A DNA stretch of 64,000 bases from Marsupella aquatica (Eukaryota; Plantae; Marchantiophyta), in contig OZ316893.1 of NCBI GenBank assembly GCA_973895155.1, forward strand, positions 12,168,359 to 12,232,358, in the 5' to 3' direction. Positions 15,376 to 28,643 of this stretch are shown in pieces. The stretch's first letter is position 1. Every line of letters begins with the position of its first letter. The notes below the pieces were generated by a model, which saw only the letters and a program-made list of their open reading frames with translations, searched no databases and was not told where the DNA came from. The translations under genes and the position numbers were made by a program.

Positions 15376-17054
15376 AAAGTGTTTCACATGCGAGTTGGCT
15401 CCAAATCTGCAAGTTTTTTGGCATCTCAATATATAAGTCAGGCCCCCTAGTATAGAAAAGAAATGGTGGTGGCACTGCTGCTCTTGTGCTTTGCATGCAA
15501 ATTGAATGATGACTTTCACGGAGGCACCTCTATGATGCTGTAGTGCTGTACACTCTAGAGTCTAGAGGAGATTTGCACGTAGACGAAGTGACGAACCATT
15601 CCGTTCGATTTGGTGGGCTGGATAGAAACCTGCACAATCATCTCGCGCTTTAAGATGTGCTTCTACAGAAGCGTAATCGGCCTCTGCTGTCATTTGAGAG
15701 TTTCCCTCGCTCCGCTCCTCTCGCATCTGCTCCACTGCTCTCCGAGCGTTGTGGAGGGCTAGAGAGTGTTTCGTCTCGGTCCAATCTGAATGCCCAACCA
15801 ATCTGCCTTTTCCTTGCAAATGGTGCTCCGCATCAGTTCTCATTAGCGTCTCTCTTCCTCCTCTTTTCTCTCCCTGCCAATCGGCCTTTTCCTTGGATAT
15901 GGTGCTTCGCCTCCGTTCTCTTTAGAGTTTCCCTTTCCTTTCCTTTCCTTTCCTTTCCTTTTGGTGGGCTAGATAGTGTTCCTCTCCAACCTGAATGCCT
16001 GGCTGTGCATTCATGGATCTTCTTCTTGGAATGGGTTTCCGCGTCCGTAGGCATTACAGGTACCCTCTCCTCTCCTCTGCTCTTGCTTGCCCATCTGCCT
16101 GCCTGCATTTGATTTCGTCGTGGAGAGGCTAAGGTAATGTTGAGATGTGAGTGGCGGCTATCACTGGAGGACGAGGGGTTGTAGACGGACTGAGGAAAGG
16201 ATTTGGTGGGCGAAGAAGAGAGCCAGAGAGGAGAACGCCTTGACAGTATTGACGATGCTGATGGTGACTGTGGATGTGCTAGTGTGACGAAAGCGTCGAT
16301 GAGTGCAGTGGATAGAGTGAGTTCCCATGCTTGCTGCGATTAGAGTGGGTAGGTGAACATTCGGGATTAAGACGATACCCCTTGAAATTGGGCTAAGGAA
16401 ATTCTTGACAAGGTTTAGCTTCGCTGCTAGAACAATGGAACGCAACAGAGAAACTACAGAGACCCTGAGAAAGTCTGTAGACTGAAAATTTTGAAGAGAC
16501 GTCGGGTTCTTGATTTTCGGTCGAGAGATGACCTGTGAATAGTATTGCAAGGATGGATGTGCTTGGTAGATGACCGACAAGAAACGAATTCCATGATAGA
16601 CCGATGACTAAGAATCCCGAAGTTGAGTTTTAAATGTGACGTGTTTTCTGGGTTTCCGTCTTATCTTGCTGAGGGTGATGACGGTTGTTGTGCTGTAGAT
16701 TGTACTCGTCGGAGATGACTGAGGAGGAGAAGGATTTTGTAGTCGGCGGACAGGGTAAAGTGGTGAAGAAGTTGACAATGAAGTGAACTGGTGCAGATGA
16801 GGTTTGACAAGACATGACGTGAATCAAGAAGATGTAAAATAGGATGATTAGTACGAGGGTTCACTCTACCCAATGGGATGACAAGGAAGGACACAGCGGG
16901 AGATTGTTATCGGTGACCTCGGCAAGTACGTGAGGGGGGGACGATCGCTAAGTTCGGACCGTACTCCTGCTTGGGCATCTTCATAAATGCCATTCTGGAG
17001 GTAAACTTGTGGTTAGTAGCAGCAAGGGACGGGGATTCTTTCAGTCGGGGTTGA

Positions 17055-18341
17055 ATGAGGTTTACGAAACAGCAGAGAGGTTCTGGAAAGATAGCGAGAA
17101 GCGGTGGAGGACTAGGACGGAAACAGGGAGAAGAATTCTCTGGACATAAGCTACAAATGGAGAATTTGATCGGCTCCATGACGTTGGTGTTGCAGCAGCC
17201 AGATGTTGGTATTGAGGAATTGGAAGGAAGGGTGTGGAGCGAACTTCCCGATGAGTTGGTGGACAGAGTTCTGGCATGTCTGCCAGTCCCCCTCTTGCTC
17301 CAATTGCGCTGTGTTTGCAAGAGATGGAACTCCCTCATCACCTCGGCCCCTTTCCTCAAGCTGCAAGCTGCAGCACCCTATTCGGGACCACACTTCCTCG
17401 TATTTGAACTGCAGAAGCCTAACAATTGGGGAGCTTATGACGCCAGGTTGCAAAAATGGTACACCGTACCTCTGGATCCGTTAGAAGGCGAGATTGTCAT
17501 GTCCATGGCCTCCGATGGAGGTCTGCTCTGTAAGGTGGTTCGCAGTAATTGGATACAGGGCCCGACTTGTATTGTGCTCTCCAATCCGGTCACCAAGTGC
17601 AGAAGAAAACTTCCCATGACGAGAGTTCACCTGACCCCAACATGGATTCCTAGCTTGGTGGTCCTCGTCGTGGACCAAGTGAGAAATTCGTTCAAGGTAG
17701 TGGTGGCAGGATCTAAGGGCTGTCCCCATGGGCTCAACTGTCTTTGTAGGGTCACTGAGGTCTATGACTCCATATCTGATCGGTGGGAGACTACAGGAAA
17801 CCTCCCGCTGGGTTACGTACTGCTAGATCCCCCTTCGTATGTGGTCTGTGGAGGTCACATCTATTGCATTGCGAGCCGTTTTGAGGAAGACTTCATTCTG
17901 GTGGCCTATGATCTGGAGCGGAAGATGTGGAATGAGATCCCCTTGCAAATGCCCAATCTTCGTAAGTCGCAACTATTGCTGTTTGAGAGGCGGGGATCTC
18001 TCGTCCTGGTTCAGCTAGCAGGGGGTTGTTATGGAGTGCCGGAAATTTACACATGGCAACCAGGACATCGTGCTGCATGGGAGTGGAGCCCCGTTAATGC
18101 ATTGTTGCCCAGAATTGGTAGACGGTTTGAAGAGCTCTTCAGGTCTGATCCAGACCTGGCCTGCGGTGGTAAAGGAGACCTGATTTTTTTCGTCTCTCAC
18201 AAGTGTCATCGAGCATGGCTGTATGATATGTCTCACAGGACTTGGACCATCACGCCTGTGAGCAGATTCCTGACGCTGGACCATAAACCTCCTCTGTTGG
18301 CTGTCCCATTCGACTTTAACCTTCAGCTACTTAGTCCCTGA
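17055..18341 (+). CDS. F-box protein with C-terminal kelch-like/F-box-associated beta-propeller, intronless; the true start may be ATG 17157
   Basis: 428 aa ORF with F-box WSELPDELVDRVLACLPVPLLLQLRCVCKRWNSL, then SDGGLLC, NPVTKCRRKLP, TEVYDSISDRW and AYDLERKMW, typical of plant F-box/kelch proteins. Confidence 0.9.
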   Translation: MRFTKQQRGSGKIARSGGGLGRKQGEEFSGHKLQMENLIGSMTLVLQQPDVGIEELEGRVWSELPDELVDRVLACLPVPLLLQLRCVCKRWNSLITSAPFLKLQAAAPYSGPHFLVFELQKPNNWGAYDARLQKWYTVPLDPLEGEIVMSMASDGGLLCKVVRSNWIQGPTCIVLSNPVTKCRRKLPMTRVHLTPTWIPSLVVLVVDQVRNSFKVVVAGSKGCPHGLNCLCRVTEVYDSISDRWETTGNLPLGYVLLDPPSYVVCGGHIYCIASRFEEDFILVAYDLERKMWNEIPLQMPNLRKSQLLLFERRGSLVLVQLAGGCYGVPEIYTWQPGHRAAWEWSPVNALLPRIGRRFEELFRSDPDLACGGKGDLIFFVSHKCHRAWLYDMSHRTWTITPVSRFLTLDHKPPLLAVPFDFNLQLLSP

Positions 18342-19359
18342 AAGATAGTGATGTTCCAATTTTGTACACCTTTCTGTTAGGACCCACCTTGTCACGACAG
18401 TGTGACTGTGCTTGAGTGACCCTTGCTCTCCTCCACGCGGCCTCTTCGTCGTCGAAGAATCTCTATGTAATTATAAGAGTTGTTACAGTCACCACAATTC
18501 CTTGCGTTAGAATTAGAAAAGTCATTCAAATGCTACCCTTGTAAAATTTATGTGTTGTAGTGACATATCTCAAGAGCAAGTGCTGAATTCGTGATCACTT
18601 TACTTTGGGGGATCGTATGGTTGTCTCGTGGCAAATCTTTATTCAGTTGCAGATTTATCATGAATGAAATTTCTTTTGGAATGCAATTTTATTCTGCGAG
18701 ACCCACTGACTCAAGAGGATTAATTATCTCGAGGTCTGATTGAGGTGTAGATAGAGGCAGGTGCTTGTTGCCAGTTCCCGTAATTCCATCATTCGGTTTC
18801 TGTCCCTTTGTATAACCTCTGCTCTGATGAATCCCAATGTCAGACGTGACACAGCTTTGTTTTGATGTCATTATCTTGGAGTGTGATTTCAATGTTAACG
18901 GTTACATTTGAATACATCTCATTAAGATTACAGAAGAAATCTGAAGCCAAGTCTTACAATGTGTCGTCCACCAAGTTTATGTCGGTGCTCAAATCTGAAG
19001 ATCCGAACAGGGACAAGGTTAAGAAATGGAATTTCTCTGTAAAGCATTATGTTTAAACATTCCTTTGTAATGAATGCAAGGAGAGAAAACTGAATTTTAA
19101 TGTTCCAATATTCAATTCTATAATGAATCTGCGGTTGCAATGACTTACAATTTGCACCATTTTCTAGCTTCGTTGGTGACTCCCAAGTGGAATAGGAGCA
19201 TTTGTCTCAGATGGAAAGGTATAGCAGGAAAACTTATCCATGTCTCTCAACTCTTGGAAATGTTCAGCCTGGACGATGTGTAATGCTGAGATAGTAGTCT
19301 CACACGAAGACTGACCTACGATATGCCAAACCTTTCTTTCTGCTGCCGATCATCATCGA

Positions 19360-19905
19360 CTGTGGGTCCTCCTCCCATACAAATGAGCTCTCCAGCAGAA
19401 TGATCCACACCTACTGCAACTGAATTCAAAAGACTCGAATGATACTAGGGAAGGACCCAAGAAAGCTTCGGCCAATCGAAAGTTTTGCCTGAGTGTTTAC
19501 AACTGAATAAAAATGCAAGTGACCGTGCAAAAAACTCGAATGATACTAGGGAAGGACCCAAGAAAGCCGGCCAATCGAAAGTTTTGCCTGAGTGTTTACA
19601 ACTGAATAAAAATGCAAGTGACCGTGCAAAAAGTTGAAGGGAATTAGGCAGAAAGTTGAAGGACTGTGGGTCCTCCTCCCATACAAATGAGCTCACCAGC
19701 AGAATGATCCACCTACTGCAACCGAATTCAAAGACTTGAATAATATTAGGGAAGGACCCAAGAAAGCTTCGGCCAATCGCAAGTTTTGCCTGAGTGTTTA
19801 TGCAAGTGACCGTGCAAAAAGTTGAAGGGAACTAGGCAGAAAGTTGAAGGGGACTAGGGAAGGAAACAAGAAAGTTTCGGACAATCGAAGGTTTTACCTG
19901 AGCAT
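19360..19905. repeat. Mosaic of locally duplicated 60-120 bp blocks
   Basis: tagggaagga(cc)caagaaag..ggccaatcg..gtttt(g/a)cctgag occurs 4 times; gactgtgggtcctcctcccatacaaatgagctc occurs twice. Confidence 0.85.
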
Positions 19906-22900
19906 TGACATCTGAATGAGATTCGAAGTGTTCGCCTATCTTCACCGTTTTGCAAAAGGTTTTCGGCTAGCCTGTGGGAGACTACCATGTCAAAGGTTGT
20001 CACATCTTTATCGTGGGCTGTAGATTTGATGGGGAGTAGTATTGGCAACCCTCTGTTTGAGCAATTCTGTAAACTGTTCTTTCATAGTTGTGATATTTCA
20101 GTCTGATTCTACTTGTTCATTGCGAGCATTGATTATACAGTCAGCTCCTCTCGGTGGAACTGTGCACTTTGAAGGAACTATGTGCATGCCTCTTCTAGCC
20201 TAGGGTTTTTGGTGACCTTCTGCAGGACTCGGGAAACAATTCGCCTGCACTCATTATTTAATTCTTGCCTGGAACTTCATTGCAATCCATTGAATAGCTC
20301 ACCATTTGCAATCAGATTTAATCACATTTCCAACTGAGTGGATCGTGATAATTTGAATTCCAGCAGGGATACGGTCGAGAACAAAATGTTTGTCCACCCT
20401 CGTCTGCTTCACACACATTGATCTTCGCCACCTGATTCGTAGTTCTACGTGATATCTGTGGATAGATTTTCATTCAATCCATTTAAAGAGCAATACTCTC
20501 ATTCCAATCAGAAGAATCTTAAGATGTGTACTCCTCTCTTCAAACGTCCTTTAGAAGCACGCATCTGATATGAACCTGCAAATCTAGTGACGGTAAAGAA
20601 GGAACAAGGTATATGGTTCTCTCTCTCCGCAAAAGTGACTTTTTGGAGGTGGAGGATCAGATCCAGGGCATGGTGTGGATGCTTGAAGAGCATCTCTAAC
20701 CCTTACTGTAAATGGGTGTTGACAGAACCCAGTAACTAAAATGCAAAAAGTTATATCCAACCCATTCACGTTGACTCTATCTGATTTTCAGGGACTGGGT
20801 CTTTTGGGGGGGACTGGGTCTTTTGGGGGGCACTGGGTTTGTACGTGGAAGATAATTTGCAGTTTTGACTTTCGGTTAAAGATTATAACCTACTGTGGTT
20901 ATAATCTGAACTGAATGGCGCAAACTGGCAAAACCAGTACCTATCCTAGTCACCTGCTAGTGGTCTCCTCTTCTGGCCACCAATGGCCGACCATCTGGAA
21001 TTGCACAAAGGCAGTAGAAATCCAGTTTTGGAGGCGAGCGACCTCGTGACAAAGGGTTGCCCAAGAGACTCTGAAAACTCATACTCAATTTGGGGACATT
21101 AGTAATTGGTTTTGCCTTGCTAGCACCCTTCCTTGCCTGCAAGCATTCCTGCTTTCATCTTACAAACCCCTACTACACGGCATAGCTCCCTCTGGAACAT
21201 GAGAACCCCTAAACATTAGGCACAGAGTAGAGAAACAACATCACTAGCCATAAGAAATTAAGGCCTAATCACTTCAAGCAGCAAGAAAAATAGAGTAGCA
21301 GCAGATCATTTCCCTCAAGTTTCACTCATACTGTACTCATCCTTCCTTTGCAACATCAATCATCAAGACTCTTTATGGCCAACGAGGTCAATTGTCAGAA
21401 AGGGATTGTCAACCTCAAAGTATGATGGATCTTAACTTAGTAGTAATGGTATGGACAGAAAAAATTATGGACTACAAAATTCATGATCCATAACTTTTTG
21501 CCATAAAGATTGGTCTATGTCATGACCAACCATAAGTTGATGGAGAGGCTAGTGAAGTCAAAAACTAAATAAACTTTTATGCAACCCTGTTTTGTCTATG
21601 GCCAATGACAAAACCTCATAGTTTATGGCCAATAAACTCTTATGGCTGTGAATTTTTGGACGTCTGATACATGCAGGGCACCTTCATAAGTAGCTTGTAA
21701 GGGTTTTGTCCTGGCCGCAAAACCATTTATGTCCCCAATCTCACTTACAGCCCTACCTTGACAGACGCTACTAGGGGGTCTCAATCTTCTTTGTCTTGCC
21801 TCCAGTTGTAGTCAAGGGTTTTGTCCCAAAAGAAAAGGTTAGGTGGACACTAAAATGCTTGTCCGCACACTCCTGACCGTAGACCATAACTGCTACTTTG
21901 GGGACAAATTTTTGTTCGCGGACCTGAAGGTTTGAGACACTATTATTAACCCCCCACCCCCAAACACCCCTCCAGCCCAAGGGCTACCCTACACATCAGC
22001 CAAAGAGTACATCAACAACATCATTAGAGAGAGAAAAACACTTGATGGGAAAGAAAAAAAACTTACAAGGCCCCATGGTTTGCAAGAGACTCCCTGGGCC
22101 CCCAGGTCCTGTAGCCCTTGCATATCCCCTGCAACCTCACTCTCTCTAGCCCTAGCTTGCAATGCTCCATGGTTAACCAGCCTGCACCAAGCAACCCTAG
22201 ACAGTGTCCCTAACAAGTTATTTGTTAAGCTGTTTCTTTTTGTCCGAGTGGCAAATCTCACCTGGTGTTTCGGAAGATTCTGAAAATATTTCTTATGTAT
22301 ATATCTTAGTTTAATTTCTGAACACTATTTCTCCCTAGATATAGAGAAACGGTCAGATTCTGCCAAATAGAGTATGTGGCTAGATGGGAAAGTAGCGAAT
22401 AAACTTGCTAATTCCCTCCAAAGGTGGCTAACACTGTCTAGTGGGTGCAATATGGCAAATTTTTGCCCTTAAAAATACACTACCTTCCCTTCCCTTCCCT
22501 TCTTCTGGGCACCACATTGCACCATGTACCTTGGCATTGTAGGGGCTTCCTTGTGTCCTGCAGAAAAAGGGCAAGAGGCAAACAGGAAATTTTGGGGTTG
22601 CACTATGTCACACCATTCTAGGTAGTGTTAGAGTGTATCGTACTATCTAGATCTGTATGTTTGGTATGTGTGCTATATGAGCCGATAAGGTTCCGTCAGG
22701 TTTGTATGAGAGGGTACTTCTCACTTGTGAGGCATTGAAAGGTCATCTTTCAATGTTGAGCCTTGGAGAGAGAGGAGCTTGAGTGTGGCTATGGTGATTG
22801 TGAGCTCTGCTTGTGTAACGTGGATTCCTTGAGTAGTGCAAGGTGCGTTGGCTTGACATACATGTGTGATCAGATCGGTGCGGGATCAATGGGGTATTGT

Positions 22901-23189
22901 TGACCGGGATCATTGTGCCGATTCTATTGAGATTACATTGAAGATCAGGAGCTTCAAACTCTGTTGTGCGGACAGAAGCTCAGTCTGAGTTTGTCGTTGA
23001 CGATTTGCGGTAGATCGAATTGATTGGAGCTGTTGTTTTGATCCATGGTACCTTGGATCGTGGAGTGGATCGTCGGTATTGTGATCCGCTATAGTCGGTG
23101 TTGAGAAGTTTGTCTGTGATTTTTGCTGCCATTTGACGGACAGTATGCTGTTGTTCGCATTTTTGTGAAGTAGATCGAGCCTGTTGAGG

Positions 23190-23425
23190 TGCGGATGTTG
23201 GTAGATCGGGCTTGCATCGTCGTCTTATGCAATTCTGTTGGGCCGATCTGCTGTTTTTGCAAGGGAAACACCGGATGTTGGTAGATTGGGCCTGCATCAT
23301 CATCATATGCAGATCTGCTGTTTTCGCGAGGGAAACAGCCACGGATGTTGGTAGATCGGGCCTGCATCGTCATCGTATGCAGATCTGCTGTTTTTGCAAG
23401 GGAAACAACCGTGGATGTTGCTGAA
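23190..23425. repeat. ~69 bp tandem repeat (3-4 copies) in the 5' LTR/UTR region of the retrotransposon
   Basis: ggatgttggtagat(c/t)gggc(c/t)tgcatc...gatctgctgtttt..c(a/g)agggaaaca is repeated. Confidence 0.85.
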
Positions 23426-24647
23426 TTGCGCAACGACACTGCCTGTGTAGCATTTTGCAGAACTTGCATGTCAACCTCTACGTTTTGTTGAAGAAACAGA
23501 ACTTCAAATGTTGTTGTTTTGGTAGCGGATGCGGGCTGCTGCTGATCAGAGCGCGGAGGCACTATCGCCTGCGTGTTTGCGAAGGGAAATGACTTGGGAA
23601 TGTTGCCCATTTTGCGAGGGCTGGATCGCGGATTCGCTACGACTGGGCTGTGCGCCAACGCGCTGCATTTCTGTGAAGGAAACTAGAGGCCGAAGTATGG
23701 ATGTTGCCGAATCTGGAAGTTGGGTCCGGCGTAGCGAAGCGTTGCGAGCGTGAAGGGCTCACTCCTTGGCTCATCTCGGTGTTTAGAGGTTTCGAGGCAA
23801 CTCGTGGTTACTCGGGACATGAGGGCGAAGCAGGCAGGCCAGCAGCTGGTACGTGAGGAGTAGTTGCAAGCTGCTGATTTGGAGCGGCCATTTTGGTGCA
23901 TAACTACAAGTGAGAGGTCACCCATCCCAAAGCTATTCCTTCCCCACGCGCTTAACTATGTGGTTCTTAAGTGCTCTTGTGTACACACACTCTTTTCCAC
24001 TTTGATGTTAATGGAATGAGCACCTAGGCATTTTATACACATTCTAGTTTGTTTAGATTGCCATTTTGGGCCAAATCATAAGCTCTCTGGAGGTTTTTGA
24101 TGCTTCTGAATCCATCAAGATGCATGGATTAAACCAATTGTGCATGGATCCTTAGCTACGACATTGAACATTGAGAGGCCTATTATGAAGGTCCTACATT
24201 GAACATTATGAACATTGTTTGATTGATGTATGATCACTATTGATGTGGAGAGTTATTGTGGATCTCTTCTTGTTGATTGGATCCTCTCCACATATGCTTC
24301 TTGTTTATGCGCCATGTTAGTTTGGCGTGGGCGCTTGATTCTATAGGAGTGATCCGGGTTTGCAACCGGACATTCTAGTTGTGCTACGTATTTCTCTCCT
24401 GATGATGTTGGAGTGATGCCCAACATATCATGGTGAGTGCTTGTGTTACTGACAGGGACAGATTGCCCTTAGGGTTAACATATAGATTAGGTTAGGTTGG
24501 TCACCACGGATTCTTCTGACGCTGCTGGGTTACCCGTTGGACGACGGACCGGTTTCACTCAGAGTGGGGCGCAGTTTCGACCAGTGACATTGGTAGCAGT
24601 CAACAGTCAGCAGCACAGCTTCAGATAGTGATTCTGACGAGGACTCT

Positions 24648-26650
24648 ATGAGCAATTCTCCTCGTCATCAGGTGATTGCACCTTTGTTGTGGGATATGGA
24701 AGAGATGTACGGGGCTACGAAGGGCCCACAACGATACTCTGGTGCAATTGGCACGATTGATCTGGATGACTTCATCCAGGAGTTTGATACGTGGTGCGAT
24801 ATGTAGACATTGCATAACGCCACGTTGTTAACCCCTTTCATGGCATGGAAGGGATTATTTTAGCATTTGGAGGGGCCACCCATGGATGACTACCATGAGT
24901 TTTGGAAGGCTCATTTGGTTGAGATTGAGGCATGGAGGCAGCATTGGTCGCCTAATTATGTGTCCATCACCTATGGCACTAGTGCGGCTGCCCAACCCAT
25001 TGCCACAGCTGCTGCTTCTTCTAGCAGCACTAGCCAGAGTGGCACACCATCCACCAGCAGCACTCCAGCAGCATCCACCGCTACTTCTGCCGGTGTGATT
25101 GTGATAGGGATTGGAGCTGCACCAACATTTAACCCTATGGTGGAATTCTTTGAGGTACTGAAGCAGAATTATCAGGGTGTGAGAACTGATAAGTTGAAGG
25201 GTCTCCAGGAGTTCCAGCGCAAGACTGGAGAGAGTCTACGTGAGGCATACACTCGTATGCGCAGATTGATCACTGACACCAAGGGCGTGACAGAGGCTCA
25301 GGCAGTCCAGTTTTGGTATGCAATTCTAGACAGAGAATTGCGATGCAGAGTGAGAGATGTCACTCTACTTAGGGATGCAGATCCCACATTAACAGTTGTT
25401 TTTACCCTTTCTGAGCGTATTGAGCTCAATATGGTGAATGAGAAAGGTGGTGACTTTTGGATTTGCCAAGGAAGCACCAAAGGCTGCATCTATATCCACA
25501 CCACAACCTACTACACGGAAGTGCCAGAGGGAGAAGCCTACTGCACGAGAGTCTACCAGCTAGAGACCTGTGCCCTCTTATGCTGGACAGCAGTCAGGAT
25601 GTTGGACCTGTGGTGGGGATCATGCATAGGGATATTTCCCAGATCATAGAGGATTAGGGGGAGCATCAGCGCCTGATTAGCGATAGTGTGATCACTGTGG
25701 AGCTCCTGGACACACCAATGATAGGTGTTTTTCACTCCATCCTGAGTTACAGAGAGGAGGAGGATCCCGTACACATGATCAGGGAAGAGGAGGTAGAGGT
25801 GGTGGACGTGGTCGTGGCATGCCACATGCAGGAAGACAAGGAGGTGACGCTGCCCCTACTATAACCATAGATCCAAATGATGCTAAGATTGCTCAATTGG
25901 AGCAACAACTAGTTGCCATGGCTAGTTCCCAGGTAAGACCTACTTCTGGTGATGGGGCATCTACATCCTATGGACCTTCCACATCCCATGGTCCTTCCAC
26001 ATCTTATGGAGCTGATGGAGACCTTGCCACCATGGGATTCATGTGTGGCACTACACATATTGATGCATTAGCAGCTTTGACACGTGGAGCAGCCAAAGCT
26101 CTTGAGCCCCGAGGAGCAGTAGTGAAGTTAGATCCACAGAGGGGGGATGCACGTCGGCAGACAAAGCTTCCTCAGTCTTTTACATTGTCAGAGACAGTTC
26201 AGACTGCCTCTATGAACCCGGTTCGGACAAACCCTGGCGTGGGTAAGTTGGCAGAATCAGGTAGTGATGCAACAGGGATGATAGGTACCTTGATGGGGGC
26301 GGCTACTGCCATGGTACGCACCCCATTATTTTCAGCGACAGACATGCTGAACTTGGGAGTTGGTCCTGCAGAAGTGTTCAGATTGGCAGCTACACTCTGT
26401 GAGCACACTCCAGTGGTTGCTTCCCATGCAGAAGTAACTTGCAGAGTTGAAGCAGTGAAGACCATGCCACCTACTGCTACTAGTGAGACATGGCATGCAG
26501 CAGCAGCGAGGTTGGTGGATTTACCAGCACGCCCTGCATTTGAGAGGACTAGGTTTAAACCTAGTGTTGTATCATTGGATAATCGGAGTGGTATCTTCCA
26601 ATTAGTTGGGCCTTCTAGAGCAGTATACCAGCCCGGGATACCAGCCAGAG
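24648..26650 (+). pseudogene. gag: gag region of the gypsy element with two zinc knuckles
   Basis: Retrotrans-gag-like FQRKTGESLREAYTRMRRL; knuckles CWTCGGDH (25600, degenerate) and CDHCGAPGHTNDRC (25687-25728, C-x2-C-x4-H-x4-C) followed by an RGG-rich tract. In-frame stops at 24804 and 24861, frameshift near 25445. Confidence 0.8.
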
Positions 26651-26995
26651 AAGGTGTTATTGGATAGTGGTGCTCAGCCCTTGATGTTGGGTAAGTCTGC
26701 CATACGTGGATTGGGATTGTGTCCAGAGGATTTGGAGGATTGTCCCTTTCTCATTCATACTTCATTGGGGGGACCTACACCTACACAGCACATTACCAGG
26801 AGACCTCTTGATTTGAGGATTCAGGAAGGTCATACCACAGATAGCTCACAAATACAGGCGCGAACTATTTTGACTAAGACAGAGTCATATGATGTGTTGG
26901 TGGGATGTACAGTGCTCTACCCCATGGGATTTATTCTTGATTTTTGTGAGGAATCAGTGTCATATAGACCTGATTGGCAGTCAGGAGATGCTTGA
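26651..26995 (+). pseudogene. Retropepsin-type aspartic protease of pol
   Basis: KVLLDSGAQPLMLG (catalytic DSG at 26663) and downstream YDVLVG. Confidence 0.9.
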
Positions 26996-27349
26996 TTGAG
27001 CAAATTGCCAGTGAGATTTAGTGGACCTATGGGAGGCCCTAAATCCACACCATTGTCTTTGGCAGCATTCAGTGGTGTAATTATTGGACCTGATGATTTG
27101 ATTGAGGATAATGCGCATGCAGTAGATGTTCTACCATTGGAGGAGTCTCATGAGGAGCACATCATGCGGGGATTACCTATTGGCAGTGTTGTGCCACCAG
27201 TGTGGGGCACTGCACAGGCAGTAGCATGATTGGTACATAATGCATGGTGTCATGCTTTTGCACCACAGTCAGGAGCAGAGCAGTCTCTTGTAGATGGACC
27301 GGTGACTTTTTCACCATTAGATACCTCTCCTATTGCTTGGCAGTATCCA

Positions 27350-28300
27350 CCAGAGGGTATTTGTTTGTTGGATCTTTTTGGTGGGATTAGCACTGGATTG
27401 GCTGTTGTTCTTCAGGCAGGAATTCCTGTGCGTTGTTATTTGTATGTGGAGACAGATGAGACAGCACGGAGGGTCTCATTGTGACATATGGCTATGTTGG
27501 TGGATAGATATCCACAGTTGCTGCTAGTGGATGTTGTTCATGGTTATCAACATGCACTACCTGCTGATATTTCATTGCTGGGGGTGGATCATCTGCATCG
27601 TGTTGGCCCCATTGATTTGGTGATTGCTGGTTGGCCATGTCAGGGCCAATCTAGAGCTGGCGTTGGGCATGGACTTATGATCCACGCTCTGCATTGTTTT
27701 GGGAGATGTTACAGGTGCTGTGTCATCTCCAGCTACATCAGACACAGTCTCCAGCATATATTTTGGAGAATGTGCCATTGTTAGGTGATGATTGTAGTTG
27801 GATTGTTGCCAGTGTTCACCAGGTGAGGTCTTGGATTGGACCTGCTGTGTTATTGGATGCTGCATGTGTGGGTTCTCGTGCACATTGTCCACCGTTGTGG
27901 TGGACTAATTTGATCCCATGTGAGGTGCTAAAGCACATATTTGACAACATTCCATGCTCACCAGCCTTAGTGGTGGATGATATTTTGGACCCAGGGTGTC
28001 ATGCACAGGGTGTGACCCACTCTGATTGCCATCCATTGGCAATGGTCAATGCAGTTGGGCGCCCATGTTGTGCATTACCCACTCTTGTAAGGCACTCTGC
28101 TTCATATGCATTCAGAGCAGGTGGCCCTGGACTTGTGTGGGACATAGCTCTCCAGTAGTTAGTGGAACCTACTACTGATGAGAGAGAGCGTGCTATGGGA
28201 TTTTTGACTGGCACCACTGCAGTTGCCTCTCTGTCAGAGGGTTTGCGGCGCCAGGTTCTTGGTCAAGCAATGGATCTGAATTATTTGACTTGGATTATCA
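27350..28300 (+). pseudogene. C5 cytosine DNA methyltransferase catalytic domain (DNMT3/DRM-family-like, non-permuted) embedded in pol
   Basis: Motif I LLDLFGGISTG (27371), II YVETD, IV IDLVIAGWPCQGQSRAG (PC at 27635-27640), DPRSALF, VI YILENVP (27766), VIII DAACVGSRAHCPPLWWTN (27856), IX ERERAMGF (~28180), X RRQVLGQAMD (~28246). Stops at 27482 and 28156, frameshift near 27675. Confidence 0.92.
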
Positions 28301-28643
28301 GCTTGGGAGTAGCTGAACAGTTGCGGATGTGCTCTGCTGGAATTACTGATTGTCCCTTGGTGAGCTTGTGGTCCACTGAGACAGTATTGACCATAGCTGG
28401 GGGCGAGCAGACAGTCCATGGACCTATGGCAGGATTGGCCAAGGCTGGCAGATTGTTGAGCAGGAAGGGATTGCTCAATCTACTACTAAATAGCAATCAT
28501 CGGCTATCTCTTCTACCCTACAAAGAGATATTAGGGATTTGGTGGAGAGTTGGGAACCACAGCTTGGCCCTAAGTTGACAGGGGAGGAGAGACGTTGCAT
28601 GCATTGATTCCTGAAGAGTTACTGGAATTGTTTTGCATTTAGC

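Noticed and set aside
15657-16580. ORFs of 151 aa (+) and 139 aa (-)
   Set aside because: CT-rich 5'UTR-like and probable intron sequence upstream of the F-box gene (donor ag|gtaatg at ~16133); composition is low-complexity rather than coding
23190-23425. Repeat array resembling CRISPR
   Set aside because: Units are contiguous with no unique spacers, the context is eukaryotic, and no cas genes are present
23089-23658. 189 aa minus-strand ORF with internal repeats (possible antisense or env-like ORF of the retrotransposon)
   Set aside because: Explained by translation of the 69 bp tandem repeat; no recognisable motif or TM segment
27350-28300. Interpretation as a host DRM/DNMT3 gene or a bacterial restriction-modification contaminant
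   Set aside because: No introns, no UBA/PWWP or other host N-terminal domains, and no neighbouring endonuclease. It is in frame with the protease and shares the same decay pattern as the rest of pol
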